A stretch of 63,627 nt of DNA, filler included, from Planctomycetota bacterium (GCA_026991575.1; 5 parts of 4 records of this genome joined end to end with filler, not necessarily neighbours in it), one strand, 5' to 3'; shown: positions 18,636 through 30,146, counted from the whole stretch's first letter. The notes: generated by a model from the letters alone, not told the origin. Translations and numbers: made by a program.

Positions 18636-20705
18636 TCAGCTGCCCGATCGTTGCTCGTCGGCTTCTGCTGGCCCATTGTCCAGCCGACGCCGAAGTTCTC
18701 CCAGGACGACCTCGGCCTCGGTCAGCAAGTCGCTCGCTACCCCAATCACCACCAGTAGCATTGCAGCCCGCGTCGCCCCAACGTAGAACTTCGCCCGATC
18801 CTCTTCCTTCTCGGCGTCCAGCCCGGTGATGTCCAGCAGAACGACCGGCGCATCATAGCCCTTTGCCCCGTGCACGGTCGAAATGGTTAGTTGGTTGGTG
18901 GCGAAGATGTATCGATCGCGATCGGGATTTCTCCCGTAGGGCCGTACGAAGGCTGCCGGACGGCACGACCATCGAGTGCTGTCCCGGGCAATCTGATCCG
19001 CAATCTCATCGCAAGTGCCTGTCCTGGTTGCCAGTACCAAAATGTCCTCGAAACGGACCCTCTGACCTTCCACCAGTTGCCGCACCAGCTCGGAAATCCG
19101 CTGCGTTCTCTCTGCCGGGCTCGAGCAGCGCTCGACGTGAGGAAGCTCTCCCTTGCGCTTGCAAAACCGCACGGTAAACCAGTCTGGTTCCTCGACTATC
19201 GCTCGGCGGCCGGCCAGGTAACTGACGTCGGCAAACCGTCGCAGCTTTGGTCGGCTGTTGCCGGGAGCTCGCGACCCGAGTAACACGTTGGATGCAAACT
19301 CTATGATCGGCCGCGTGTTCCGGAAGCATTCCAACATCACGGTGGAGCGCCGACCTGTGACGTTCAGGCCCAGCTCCTTCCACGACGGTCGGGGACGCCC
19401 GTAAATGTTTTGAGCGTCATCGTAGTACACGATCAGTGGCCGTTCACCGGTCTGATGGTGAGGTCTGACCAGTTGCAGCAGGAACTCGTAATGGGCTTCG
19501 TCGAAATCCTGGGCCTCGTCCACGAAGGCAATGTCGTACTGCATGCTTTCGAATAGGGCGGGACGCGCCGAGGCTGCGTGCCTCAGCTGGGCTGTGAACG
19601 CCCGAAACCGCTCACGCGGTCCTTTTTCGTCCGGGCTAATCCAGTTCAGCAACCCGGTGCGACTAAGGTCATGGGCCATGGCGTCGATGTTCTTGACCGT
19701 CAGCACACCTGCCGGCAGATCCCGGCCTGTCTGTTCCCGGTACGCGGCGCGGATCTTCTGCTCGATGAATGGCACCAACGCGCGATTGAAGCACGTTACC
19801 AGGACGCGCGCGGACGGCTGGGCTGACTCGGCCAAGAACAGCAATTGCCCCTGCCGTGCTTGCTCGACTCGCTGCTTCACGTACCTGGCGGCCATCGCCG
19901 CAAGCACGGCCGTCTTGCCACAGCCGGCAACACCTCGGATCAACCGAGGCACGGTTCCGACCGGGCTGCGCGAGAGCTCTTCCTGCTCGCGACTGAACAC
20001 GCGCAGTTCGTTCATAAACTGGTCAATCTGATGCCCCAGAGTCTGGGACGGGACAGGGCGAGCGGAGCGATTCGTTTGCAGCGGTGCCGAGCTACCGAAC
20101 GCCTTCTCCAGGGCCGCGACTGCTTCGGCAGAGAGCCGCGCCCGGGGTTGTTTACCCACGGCCCGCAAGACGCACGTCCTGAATGCCTCTGGATCCTCGA
20201 GACAATCGGCGAGCAGCAGCTCACCATGCTTGACGCACTCCCCAAATCCACGCTTGATCCACTCGCGACGGGTCACGTTTGGCAGTACCACGATGGACGA
20301 GAACAGCGGAAGCGACGAGCCTTTCAGGATGTGCTGCACCTGGTTCTTGACCTGGTACATACATTGGGACGCCTGATGAAAGGGATTGTGCTGCCGCCGC
20401 GCACCGTTGTACGCTATGAAGAAATTGCCCGCTTCGATTCGCTCGATCGATTCAATCCGCCACCCCTTCACCTCGAAGATCACCACCCCCACGTCCGGAT
20501 GGCAGAGGAGGATGTCCGGTGGTCGTTTGGTCGTTGAGCGGAGCGTCGGTTCGACGTAAACCAGCCCGAAGCATTCCTGGCCAAAGGCTTCCAGCACGGC
20601 GATCAGCACACGGGCCTGGGGCTCGTTCCCGACGCATTGGTGGCCTACGACCCGGATGGCCGCATCGCGCACCGCACGATGAACTGCTGCAAGATAGTCC
20701 GCCAT
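18636..20705 (-). CDS. NERD nuclease-related domain fused to superfamily-1 helicase
   Basis: PDILL...IFEVKGW (NERD), then GVAGCGKT, TCFNRAL, DEAQD, DDAQNIY, FRNT, TVHGAKG, YVGATRA. Start uncertain (20705-20804). Confidence 0.88.
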   Translation of the reverse strand: MADYLAAVHRAVRDAAIRVVGHQCVGNEPQARVLIAVLEAFGQECFGLVYVEPTLRSTTKRPPDILLCHPDVGVVIFEVKGWRIESIERIEAGNFFIAYNGARRQHNPFHQASQCMYQVKNQVQHILKGSSLPLFSSIVVLPNVTRREWIKRGFGECVKHGELLLADCLEDPEAFRTCVLRAVGKQPRARLSAEAVAALEKAFGSSAPLQTNRSARPVPSQTLGHQIDQFMNELRVFSREQEELSRSPVGTVPRLIRGVAGCGKTAVLAAMAARYVKQRVEQARQGQLLFLAESAQPSARVLVTCFNRALVPFIEQKIRAAYREQTGRDLPAGVLTVKNIDAMAHDLSRTGLLNWISPDEKGPRERFRAFTAQLRHAASARPALFESMQYDIAFVDEAQDFDEAHYEFLLQLVRPHHQTGERPLIVYYDDAQNIYGRPRPSWKELGLNVTGRRSTVMLECFRNTRPIIEFASNVLLGSRAPGNSRPKLRRFADVSYLAGRRAIVEEPDWFTVRFCKRKGELPHVERCSSPAERTQRISELVRQLVEGQRVRFEDILVLATRTGTCDEIADQIARDSTRWSCRPAAFVRPYGRNPDRDRYIFATNQLTISTVHGAKGYDAPVVLLDITGLDAEKEEDRAKFYVGATRAAMLLVVIGVASDLLTEAEVVLGELRRRLDNGPAEADEQRSGS

Positions 20706-21156
20706 CGCGTCGATCCCCTTCGTGCCCGCAAACTGCGACCGGTCCATGTAGGATGCCAGGATGCGCCGAGCCAGCCGCAGCACCGCTAGGGCACCGTTGC
20801 GCATCGGCTAGGCCGGCCAGGACCGCCCCGGAAGCTCCTTTCCGGAGGCCGAGAAAAGAGGGCCACTCGCACGTTGCCGTACCCCCTCCGGCCGGCGGAG
20901 CGCCTTTTCGTAAGGTTCGCCGTAATCGGTACTAACCGCACCATGCCCTATTCTGATGCCTGGCCCATCTGAGTGCAACCGACGGCCCGCCGCCCGGTCT
21001 GTCCCGACCAACAGCCGCCGATGCCTGATGCCCGTCGGAGGAGTGCTTTCCATCCGCGAGGCCGGCTAGCGGCGACCTGTTGGGGGGAAGATCTGGAGCG
21101 GTTGGGTGGGTCTTGCCGACATTAACGGTAGTACGACGTGCCTGAGATGACACGCC

Positions 21157-22734
21157 TTGCACAGTGTAGTGTCCGCAATGCAATCAGTTCGGCTCTGGTA
21201 CCGAGGAGTTGTTGCCCTGTTGGCCGTTGCTGTCGGCTTCTCCGGCAGCGGCTGTCTGACGACGTCTAGCATGGTCAGGGGGGTTACCGAGACGCGGTAC
21301 AGCAGCACGGTATTGGCGGACCGTGCCGTCGGAGAAGGCGTGGGTGGAGGCAACAGTCAGGTACCGGACGGGCGTTCGGACCGAGACGGCCGCGCCTCTA
21401 GGGCAAGGGAAGTTCAGGCCGAGGCGACTCGGGGTGAAACACCCGAGCCCCAGGCACTCACGCTCCGGGAGCTGATCGCTCTGGCACTGGAGCGCAGCCC
21501 CGACCTGGCTGCAGCTCGCTACCGTCTTCTGCAGGCCGACGCGGCGCTGGACCGAGCGCGCGCCGAATTCTTCCCGATCATCCAGCTCAACGAGAACTAT
21601 GGCGTCACGGACAATCCCGTGCGAGCGTTCATGTTCAAACTGAACCAGGCCAACTTCTCAGCGGCCGATCTCGCTCGGGTAAACGATCCTTCGACGATCG
21701 ACGACTTCCATACCCAACTGCTCGTCCAGCAGCCGATCTATACCGGCGGCAAGCTCTCAGCCATGTACTCGGCTGCCCAACACGGAGCGGCCGCTGCTGC
21801 CCACGCACTGCAGGCGGTTCACAATGAGTTGGTCTATCGCGTTGCGGAGGCGTACTACAGGCTGATCCAGGCGCGCAATCTGGTGCAAGTGCAGCAAGAG
21901 TCGCTGCGTCAGGTGGAAGAGCATCTTCGCATTGTGGAGGCACGGTTCCGAGCGGGCACGGCGGTCGAATCAGACGTGCTGACCGTGCGTGTGCGGCTGG
22001 CTGAGACCCGTGAGGCACTCATCGCCGCCCAGCATCGCTACGAGCTTGCGTGGGATGTGCTCGAGAACGTCGTCGGCTCGGAACTACCCCGTGCTGAACT
22101 GCCCGCCAGCCCGACGCCGGCACCGTGGGCCAGCGACGCGGACCCCATAGAAGCGGCCCTGGAGGAGGCAATCCGGCGGCGGCCAGAGCTGGCTGCTCTG
22201 CGCGAGCAGCTGGCCGCAGCACGCCATCAGGTCGAGGCTGCTCGAGCAGGCGCACGTCCGAGCGCGTCTCTGGTGGCGAACTACGACGTGCACACCGGCG
22301 ATTTCGATAGCGGTGACGACAGCTTCTTCGCGGGCGTGATGATCAGCTGGAATCTGCTTGACTCGGGCCGCACCGCGGCCGAAGTTGAACAGGCGCTGGC
22401 ACGCGTCGGGCAGCTGACCGCTGAGCAGCGCCGGCTGATCCTGAACATCCAGCTGGAACTACGACGCACTTACTCCAACTGGATAGACGCCAAGGAGCGA
22501 TTGACCGTGGCTGAGCAGGCCGTGCAGCAGGCTGAAGCATCACTGCGCGAAATCGAGGCCCGCTACCAGGCACAGGCTGCGACGATTACGCAATTGGTCG
22601 ACGCCCAGGTCGCGTTGGCACAGGCCAGAGTGCGGCGCGAGAACGCCGCCGCTGATGTTTACATCGCCCGTGCGGCTGTCGAACGCGCCATCGGGCGATT
22701 AGCAGACTTGCTCGTTGAATCGCGCGAGCAGTAA
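21157..22734 (+). CDS. TolC-family outer membrane protein
   Basis: Lipobox-like GSGC, LTLRELIALALERSPDL, QPIYTGG, two outer-membrane-efflux repeats. Start may be 21178. Confidence 0.9.
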   Translation: MHSVVSAMQSVRLWYRGVVALLAVAVGFSGSGCLTTSSMVRGVTETRYSSTVLADRAVGEGVGGGNSQVPDGRSDRDGRASRAREVQAEATRGETPEPQALTLRELIALALERSPDLAAARYRLLQADAALDRARAEFFPIIQLNENYGVTDNPVRAFMFKLNQANFSAADLARVNDPSTIDDFHTQLLVQQPIYTGGKLSAMYSAAQHGAAAAAHALQAVHNELVYRVAEAYYRLIQARNLVQVQQESLRQVEEHLRIVEARFRAGTAVESDVLTVRVRLAETREALIAAQHRYELAWDVLENVVGSELPRAELPASPTPAPWASDADPIEAALEEAIRRRPELAALREQLAAARHQVEAARAGARPSASLVANYDVHTGDFDSGDDSFFAGVMISWNLLDSGRTAAEVEQALARVGQLTAEQRRLILNIQLELRRTYSNWIDAKERLTVAEQAVQQAEASLREIEARYQAQAATITQLVDAQVALAQARVRRENAAADVYIARAAVERAIGRLADLLVESREQ

Positions 22735-23236
22735 GCTGACCCACTGCGACGGTACCGATTCGCATCCTCCGCAGCGAAGACGGCTCACCCCACGCGACGC
22801 GGTCCTGTCGGCGCGCGCTTACGTCCCCTCCACCTGCGGCATGTCAGACTCTTCCCCAATGATGCCTCACTAGTTGACGTGCCGGTGTGGCTTCCGACCT
22901 AACCCGTGACGGCCACGCTGTGGGAAGGACCGATACGGGCCAGATTTACTGGCCAGTCTAGCAGTGATCCCGAGACCGTCCGGGCGCCCCAAGCTGGCGG
23001 CCCCGGAGCAGACACTGGCAGACATCGGCCAGTAGTGTGTTCCGGCATGTGTCCCGTGTGACTGCCCGTCCTGGTGCTGCCCTGCGGACCACCCCGCGCC
23101 GTCGGGTGCCAAAGCTCGGTTGAGCTGCAGGTGCAGGCAGCGGTTGGTAGCCGGGGCACGGTGCCCTTCCGGTTAAACTGGATGGTACGTGGCGTGTGAT
23201 TGGGCCAGCCTGCGTAAGGCCTGCGGAGAGGATGCA

Positions 23237-24595
23237 ATGCGACCAGAGCGAGCTGCGGTGCGACGAGTTAGTCGGCGCGACTTCGGGCGGAGCGTGGTTC
23301 AGGCCGCGGCGGTTACAATCGCGTTTCCCGCGATTGTCTCGGCGCGGTCGCCCAATTCGAAGTTGAACATCGGCATCATCGGTGCGGCGGGCCGAGGGCT
23401 GGCCAACACACGGGCCGTCGAGAGCGAGAACATTGTCGCCTTGTGCGACGTGGACGAGCAGCATCTGAGCCTGGCTGCGTCGCGCCACCCAAAGGCGCGT
23501 CGGTGGATCGATTACCGTCGAATGTTGGAGGCTCGCCGCGATCTAGACGCTGTCGTCATCTCAACGACCGCACACACGCACGTCTACCCGACGCTTCTGG
23601 CCCTGGATCTACGCCTGCCGGTTTACTGCGAGAAGCCGTTGGCGCACACGGTCTACGAATGCCGCCTCGTCCGCGCTGCAGCCAAGCGTGCGGGTGTGCC
23701 GACACAGATGGGCATCCAGATCCACGCCACGTCCAACTACCGCCGCGTCGTCGAGCTGATCCGGACCGGCGCGATCGGTACGGTGCGTGAGGTGCATGTA
23801 TGGGTGAGTCGGGCGTGGGGGGACGGGGGGCGTCCACCAGGGTTCTACCCCGTGCCGGCCCACCTGCATTGGGACCTCTGGCTCGGCCCAGCGCCCTACC
23901 GGTCCTATCACCCGGAATACCATCCCCGGCGATCCGGACGTGGTCCCGGCTGGTACAAGTTCTGGGACTTCGGCGGCGGTACGTTGCCCGATCTGGGTAG
24001 CCATTGGAATGACCTGCCGTTCTGGGCCCTGGAACTGGATGCACCCGCTGCGATCGAAGCCGAAGGGCCACCGGTCGACCCCGACACGGCCCCCGCACGC
24101 ATGGCGGTGCGGTACGAGTTCCGCAGGTCTGCCGACGCCGGCGGTCCGTTGGTGTTCTACTGGTATCAGGGCACGGAGCGGCCGTGGCACTATCGCGGCG
24201 AGGTTCCGATTCCCAGGAACTACCGCAACGGTGTGGCGTTTGTCGGCACGAAAGGCCTGCTGGTTGCCAACTACCGAAGGCATGAACTGCTGCCGGCGGC
24301 GCGGTTCCGCGACTTCAAGCGGCCGGACCCGTTCCTGCCCGATTCACCCGGCCATCACCAGGAGTGGCTGCTGGCCTGCAAGAACGGTACACCCACCAGC
24401 GCTGACTTCGACTACTCGGCCAGGCTAACAGAGATGAACCAACTGGGGGTGGTCGCCTACAGGCTCGGGCGCCGGATCGAGTGGGATGCTGCGGCGATGC
24501 GCGCCAAGAACGCTCCCGAGGCCGAACCGCTTCTCATCGGACACCATCGCCAGGGGTGGGAACTGCCGAAGCTTGCCGAAGTTGCAGAAGGGTAA
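23237..24595 (+). CDS. Gfo/Idh/MocA oxidoreductase with Tat signal
   Basis: SRRDF Tat motif, IGIIGAAGRG, YCEKPL, WDLWLGPAP, DLGSH. Confidence 0.92.
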   Translation: MRPERAAVRRVSRRDFGRSVVQAAAVTIAFPAIVSARSPNSKLNIGIIGAAGRGLANTRAVESENIVALCDVDEQHLSLAASRHPKARRWIDYRRMLEARRDLDAVVISTTAHTHVYPTLLALDLRLPVYCEKPLAHTVYECRLVRAAAKRAGVPTQMGIQIHATSNYRRVVELIRTGAIGTVREVHVWVSRAWGDGGRPPGFYPVPAHLHWDLWLGPAPYRSYHPEYHPRRSGRGPGWYKFWDFGGGTLPDLGSHWNDLPFWALELDAPAAIEAEGPPVDPDTAPARMAVRYEFRRSADAGGPLVFYWYQGTERPWHYRGEVPIPRNYRNGVAFVGTKGLLVANYRRHELLPAARFRDFKRPDPFLPDSPGHHQEWLLACKNGTPTSADFDYSARLTEMNQLGVVAYRLGRRIEWDAAAMRAKNAPEAEPLLIGHHRQGWELPKLAEVAEG

Positions 24596-24601
24596 GCCGC
24601 C

Positions 24602-25639
24602 GTGATCCGTTGGCTTTGTCCCTATTGCGGACGGAAGCTGAAAGCACCACAAGCTGCCGTTGGACGCGCCGGCCGGTGTCCCACGTGCCGGAATCGAGTG
24701 CATGTGCCGCCGTTTTCGACCGTGGCCGACGGGCGAGCCACGGAAACGGGCGCGAGTGGGGAGCCGCGTGAGTCGCTGGTGTTCTTCGGGTCAGATGGCG
24801 AGGCACGACACGATGCACCGCCGGGACGTGGTGGGGCAGAGACAATGCCTGAGATCCTGGTCGTCACCGCGCCCGAGTCCGCCGTCGAAGGCAGGCCAGA
24901 GGCGGTCGCCGTCCCGGACGACACGGTCGACCTTGGCGACGGCGAACCGTACACGGCCAAGCAGGATTCGCCCGAACCACCGTTCACAGTGACGCTTCTC
25001 GGGGACAATGACCTGGCCGAAAGGTCTGTCCGTTCATGGCAGCAGGGCCAGTACAGAGCGATGGCCTTCGATTTCTTCCTCGGAGCGACCGCGACCGCGG
25101 CCATTGGTGCCGTTGTGCTTGAGCTTGGCCAACTGCTGGCGGCACGCCGTGCCGGTGCCGAGGAACTGGCCGTGGCCGTCACTCTTAACCAGTTCCTGTT
25201 GCTTGCGACGCTATTACCTCTCTTCGTGATCGCACCCGCCGTTGTGCTGGCCATCTGGGTAGCCCAGGACACGCGGCGTAGGAGAATGCCCACGGCGCCG
25301 GCCGCCGGGCTAACACTTGCACTGGGGCCACTGGGGGCAGCGATCCACCTGGCTCGCCGGCGGCTGCTGCCCGGTGAACTGCGCGAAGGCGGTTTTGGCT
25401 GGAACGTCTGTCGTCACCTGGCCGTATTATGGCTCGCCTGCCTGGCTTTCTGGCTCGCTGTGCTTCTGGCTCTGGCGCTGTGGGGTATCGTGCGCGGCTA
25501 CCCCGTGGTGACGCTTGTGGTCGGTGGTGGTGCGGCCGCCATGATCTGGGCCAGCATGGGCCTGGTCGTGCTGCCGATCTTTACGCTCGCTTGCCTGGGG
25601 TACCTACTGAAGGTGGAACGCGTGGTGGAGGAGGGCTAA
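24602..25639 (+). CDS. Zn-ribbon-containing membrane protein
   Basis: N-terminal CPYC...CPTC, acidic linker, about 5 hydrophobic segments. Confidence 0.72.
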   Translation: MIRWLCPYCGRKLKAPQAAVGRAGRCPTCRNRVHVPPFSTVADGRATETGASGEPRESLVFFGSDGEARHDAPPGRGGAETMPEILVVTAPESAVEGRPEAVAVPDDTVDLGDGEPYTAKQDSPEPPFTVTLLGDNDLAERSVRSWQQGQYRAMAFDFFLGATATAAIGAVVLELGQLLAARRAGAEELAVAVTLNQFLLLATLLPLFVIAPAVVLAIWVAQDTRRRRMPTAPAAGLTLALGPLGAAIHLARRRLLPGELREGGFGWNVCRHLAVLWLACLAFWLAVLLALALWGIVRGYPVVTLVVGGGAAAMIWASMGLVVLPIFTLACLGYLLKVERVVEEG

Positions 25640-25751
25640 CGCTGAGCTAGCGGCTGCGCCCGGCGCTCAACCGCCACGCCGCCTGCTCCTGCCGAAGCGG
25701 CGCCGCTTCCGTTTGCGTCCAGCCGCCCCGAGAACCCGAAGCGCCACACGA

Positions 25752-27200
25752 TCACTTTGCCTTCTTCGCTTCCTGTTGCTTCGCAGCTGCTCGGCGACTC
25801 GGAGGTACCCACCGGGGGTTCGGTACGTGAGCCTCCTGCATCAACTTCCGCATCGTGCGAACCACGTCTGGATGCAGCCTGGCGACGTTGTACTTCTCCA
25901 ACGGATCACGCTCGATGTCGTACAACTCGATCGGCCCGGTTAGCATCGGCTTGCGGACCGCTTTCCAGCGGCCCATACGAATCGCCTGAGCCGAACCGCG
26001 CTCGTAGAACTCCCAGTACAGGTATCGGTGCTGCTTCTGAGCAGCAGGCTTGCCCAGGAGCGTCGGAAGGAAGCTAATCGAATCCCGCTCGGGCGGCAAC
26101 GGCACGCCGACCAACTCGCATACCGTGGCCATGAAATCGCCGAAGTACCCAACATGGTCCGTCGTGCTGCCGCCCTTGATCGTCCCAGGCCACCAGGCGA
26201 TCATCGGCACCCGAATGCCGCCTTCGTACAGGTCACGCTTGATCCCGCGCAGGGGGCCGGAAGGGTTGAACCGTACCGGATCTTGCCCGGATTCTACGTG
26301 CGGACCGTTGTCCGAGCTGAACAGCACCAGTGTGCGTTCCGCGATACCCAGCTCACGCAGCACCTGCAGCAGCCGACCCACGCTCCGGTCCAGATACGAG
26401 ATCATCGCCGCATGTCCCTTGTCCGGGTCCGGCCAGTCCTTCTCGGCGTAAATCCCCAGGTCGGGCACTTCGGCGCCGTTGCCAAGGGCCCGGTAACGTT
26501 CGTTGTTCGCGTGGGGCAGTGTGACGGCCAGGTACAGGAAGAACGGCCGGTCCTTGTTTTCCCGGATGAAGTGCAGAGCATCGGCCATGAACAGATCGTG
26601 CGAGTACTCGACGGCTTCGGTTGCCCACGCACCCGACAGCCCCGGAATGGCGCCGGGGAAGCGCTGGACCTTGTTCCTCAAGTAAACCTTCTCACGGTTT
26701 CGCCACAGGAACTCTGGATAGTAGTTGTGCGCGTGGGCCTGGTTGAGATAACCGAAGAAGTAGTCGAAGCCCTTCCGCAGCGGAAACCCCGGATGATCGA
26801 TCTCGCCCAGACCCCACTTGCCGATCAGAGCCGTGCCGTATCCGGCTTGTCGGAGCAGCTGTGCGACGGTGATGTCGTCTTCGGTGAGCGATTGATTGAT
26901 GAGGCGGTTGCGGCCGGCATTGCCCCGGACGGAGCAGTGGCCTGTGTGCTGGCCGACCATCAGAACGCAGCGGGACGGGGCACAGACGGTCGACCCTGCG
27001 TAGAACTGCGTGAACCGCAAGCCTTCAGCGGCCATCCGATCGATGTTTGGCGTCTGGATCAGCTGCTGGCCGTAGCAACCCAGATCGCCATAGCCCAGGT
27101 CATCCGCGAGGATGAAGATAATGTTGGGCCTATCGGCAGCCTGAGCCGTGACGACCGTCACGATCGCTGAAGCAATGGCTAGCAGCGCGACGTTCTTCAC
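25752..27200 (-). CDS. Arylsulfatase (formylglycine-dependent)
   Basis: [36 protein letters not shown], signal peptide. Confidence 0.95.
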   Translation of the reverse strand: MKNVALLAIASAIVTVVTAQAADRPNIIFILADDLGYGDLGCYGQQLIQTPNIDRMAAEGLRFTQFYAGSTVCAPSRCVLMVGQHTGHCSVRGNAGRNRLINQSLTEDDITVAQLLRQAGYGTALIGKWGLGEIDHPGFPLRKGFDYFFGYLNQAHAHNYYPEFLWRNREKVYLRNKVQRFPGAIPGLSGAWATEAVEYSHDLFMADALHFIRENKDRPFFLYLAVTLPHANNERYRALGNGAEVPDLGIYAEKDWPDPDKGHAAMISYLDRSVGRLLQVLRELGIAERTLVLFSSDNGPHVESGQDPVRFNPSGPLRGIKRDLYEGGIRVPMIAWWPGTIKGGSTTDHVGYFGDFMATVCELVGVPLPPERDSISFLPTLLGKPAAQKQHRYLYWEFYERGSAQAIRMGRWKAVRKPMLTGPIELYDIERDPLEKYNVARLHPDVVRTMRKLMQEAHVPNPRWVPPSRRAAAKQQEAKKAK

Positions 27201-27529
27201 AGTGCACCTCCAGGGGAGAGCTCGTCCACAAGCGACGCACGAACGGGCCTGAGGCGGGAGGAACTCACACGGATTCTAGCACGTTGCGGTTGTCGTTCGG
27301 GATGCTGAGCACTCGCCGTGCGGCCTGCAGGCGGCTCCCGGTCCAGGTTGCCGTACTCCGGTGTGGATCGGCTCAGGTTCGCTTGCATGAAACGGCGATA
27401 AGACCTAAAGGAGAGACGTCACATCGAAGCCACGTGGCGTCGCGCCCGCTAGCCGCACCGCCGGCTTCGTGGCCCGATGGCCAGGGGGCCGCGTGACCGG
27501 GAGACATTTCGAGCAGAAAGGAAGCTGCC

Positions 27530-28309
27530 GTGCAACTGACCTGCTTCTACATCAGCCCGCACGAGCCGACAATCGAAACGATCGCCTGTCTGGAACGTGA
27601 GCTGGATGGACTGGGCAGCGTGCACGTGGTCCAGCCAGACGGACGCGTAGCCGACGCGGCCGTTCGTTGCGTGGACGCCACTACCCCCTACACGCTCGTG
27701 GTCACCGACAACGTTTGCTTTGTCCCGGGCACGGTCCGCACGTTACTGCGAAATTTCCGCTGGCGACGTGCACTTCAGCGAAATCTATACAAGCTTGCGT
27801 GCTCGGTTCGCTGCCCGCTCTCCGAGAACGCCTACCCAGGGCTCGTAGCACTCTACTGGACCGATGCCATCAGCCAGATTGGTACGGTCGACGTTCCCAC
27901 TGCCCCGATGCCGACCGAGTATCGGGCACTCATCTTCGGATACCGAGCGTCGCACTACCCGCAGCCGATAGGCTGGATTGAGGACCGGGACCCGAAGCGC
28001 GAGTACCACCGCTGGTTCTGGGCTCGCATCCGCTATCGGCTCGGCCTGTATGATCGACCGGTGCCGTCGGTGACGGAGCACGTTCTGCTGTACGGTAAGG
28101 ACAACGACTGCCGGCATCTGTACGCGGCCGCCGGTATCGAGGATGCCAACCGGCTCCGGCCCAAGGTGGACCTGGTTGACGACTGCCATCTCGGACCGAT
28201 CGGTCAGCAGCTGGCATTTGTTGCTGAAGAGGATGAGCCGATGCTGGCTGACTACTTCCGCGTTTCCGGTGTTGTACCTCGTCACGCGGTCCGCCGCCGG
28301 GCTGCGTAG
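27530..28309 (+). CDS. Hypothetical protein, possibly degenerate GT-A fold
   Basis: Clean 259-aa ORF with an AAGGAAG SD. TPYTLVVTDNVCF sits where a GT2 DxD strand would be. Confidence 0.6.
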   Translation: MQLTCFYISPHEPTIETIACLERELDGLGSVHVVQPDGRVADAAVRCVDATTPYTLVVTDNVCFVPGTVRTLLRNFRWRRALQRNLYKLACSVRCPLSENAYPGLVALYWTDAISQIGTVDVPTAPMPTEYRALIFGYRASHYPQPIGWIEDRDPKREYHRWFWARIRYRLGLYDRPVPSVTEHVLLYGKDNDCRHLYAAAGIEDANRLRPKVDLVDDCHLGPIGQQLAFVAEEDEPMLADYFRVSGVVPRHAVRRRAA

Positions 28310-28682
28310 CCGTTTCCGCTCGGTGAAACCACGGTCGCACGTTCTCACGGTGCTGTGTCCGCGCGCGGATGCAGTGCAGGGCGCGGCGGGCAGCAGGCTT
28401 TGGCCCCATCGCAGCCCACAGACTGGCACGGCGGCCGCTGCCAGTTATCCCTTGGGCTACCGGCACGCGCTGGCTGAATGACCGGCCGAGGGAGGCCATG
28501 GCCTTGCCAGAACCAACTTCTTGTTGATTCCATGTCAGCGTGAGAGCGGGGGCCGCACGGACGACAGTGGGTTGGCCGTCGCGCGTTGCGGATGCGTCAT
28601 CCCGGGCGTTATTCTGTGGTTAATCCTGCCGGAGCGACGTTTTGCTCCCTATCCTGTGCCTTCCTCGTAGGAGCTGCCGACC

Positions 28683-30146
28683 GTGGACCGTCGACGTTTC
28701 CTGAAGCAGTCCGCAGCAGCGACCCTGGCCGGTGTCTGCCGTGGTGTGTGCGCCGCGGCTGGGGAGTCGGGACGAGCCGGTGCGCTGGGACCATTGCGCC
28801 GGCACCCGGACAACAGTCGCTACTTTGCCGATGGCACCGGCAAGGCGGTCCTGCTTGTCGGATCGCACACGTGGGACAATCTCGTGGACATGGGCAAGGC
28901 CGATCCCCCGGAGCCGTTCGATTTCGCAGGCTACCTCCGGTTCTTGCAACGCTACGGCCACAACTTCATTCGGCTCTGGACCTGGGAGTGCACCGTTTGG
29001 GACACGCGTGCCAACGGTGCCTGGGGCCACGGTGTGCTTCACGTGGCGCCGCAGCCGTGGCTCAGGACCGGCCCGGGCACAGCGCTGGACGGCAAGCCCA
29101 AATTCGACCTGACGCGGTTCAATCCGGACTATTTCCGCCGGCTGCGCGCGCGTGTGCTGGCGGCCCGCGAACGCGGGATCTACGTGTCGGTGATGCTCTT
29201 TGAGGGATGGTCGCTGACGCACGGCAACCTTCGGCGGGGTTCCGACCGTGGTTGGGCGTGGCGGAGCCATCCATTTCACCCGGCCAACAACATCAACGGC
29301 ATCGACGCTGGCGTAGCCGACAACCCGCTGGTCGGACGGCCGCACCGGCTCGGGCAACCGCAGGTGAACCAGATCCAGGAGGCGTACATCCGGAAAGTGG
29401 TCGAGACGGTCGGAGACTTGGACAACGTGCTGTACGAGGTGATCAACGAAGGGGGTCAACGGGAATGGGACTGGTGGGTGGTGCGCACGGTGCGTAAGTG
29501 GCAGGAACGCAAGGGCGAGTCGCGCCCGATTGGTATCACGGGCCACGGCGCCGAGCGATTGGCTGACATGCTGGCTAGCCCCGCCGACTGGGTTTCGCCC
29601 GGATCACGTGACGGCTTCAGAGAGGATCCCCCCGCGTGGCATGAGGCAAAGGTAAGCCTGCTGGATACGGACCACATTTGGGGGATCGGTGGCAGCCTTC
29701 GGTGGGTCTGGCATGCTTTCACCCGAGGCCACAACCCACTGTTCATGGACCCTTACCATGGTCGAGTCTTGGGCAAACCGTTTGATCCGAGGTGGGAACC
29801 AGTTCGCCGCGCACTGGGCTACATCCGGTCCCTGGCGGTACGAACTGAGCTGGCCCGGTTGCTACCGCAGGGCGAACTTGCGTCAAGCGAACACTGCCTG
29901 GCCGACCCCGGCAGGACGTACATCGTCTACCTTGGTGATGCGGACCAGGTCACGCTCGACCTGGCTGCCGCCCGGGGGGACTTGCTGGGCGAGTGGATCG
30001 ACGGAGCAACCGGGAAGGTGCTTGGACGCGTCAGCGTGCCGGGAGGAGCCAAGCGCCGCTTGCATGCACCGGTGCCTCGTGACGGCGTACTCTACCTGCG
30101 CATAGCCGACGGCGCGCGGGATAGCACACGCAACAGCCGTCGGTAA
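28683..30146 (+). CDS. Tat-exported putative glycoside hydrolase (DUF4038/DUF6298-like) with C-terminal beta domain
   Basis: RRRFL Tat motif, NSRYFAD, GSHTW, NFIRLW, LYEVINE, DTDHIW. Confidence 0.8.
   Translation: MDRRRFLKQSAAATLAGVCRGVCAAAGESGRAGALGPLRRHPDNSRYFADGTGKAVLLVGSHTWDNLVDMGKADPPEPFDFAGYLRFLQRYGHNFIRLWTWECTVWDTRANGAWGHGVLHVAPQPWLRTGPGTALDGKPKFDLTRFNPDYFRRLRARVLAARERGIYVSVMLFEGWSLTHGNLRRGSDRGWAWRSHPFHPANNINGIDAGVADNPLVGRPHRLGQPQVNQIQEAYIRKVVETVGDLDNVLYEVINEGGQREWDWWVVRTVRKWQERKGESRPIGITGHGAERLADMLASPADWVSPGSRDGFREDPPAWHEAKVSLLDTDHIWGIGGSLRWVWHAFTRGHNPLFMDPYHGRVLGKPFDPRWEPVRRALGYIRSLAVRTELARLLPQGELASSEHCLADPGRTYIVYLGDADQVTLDLAAARGDLLGEWIDGATGKVLGRVSVPGGAKRRLHAPVPRDGVLYLRIADGARDSTRNSRR

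Noticed and set aside
22870..22990. Cobalamin-riboswitch-like fragments (GCCAC...GGGAAGG, GAGACC)
   Set aside because: The 5' conserved core is not convincing and the downstream gene is not B12-related. An Infernal search with RF00174 would settle it.
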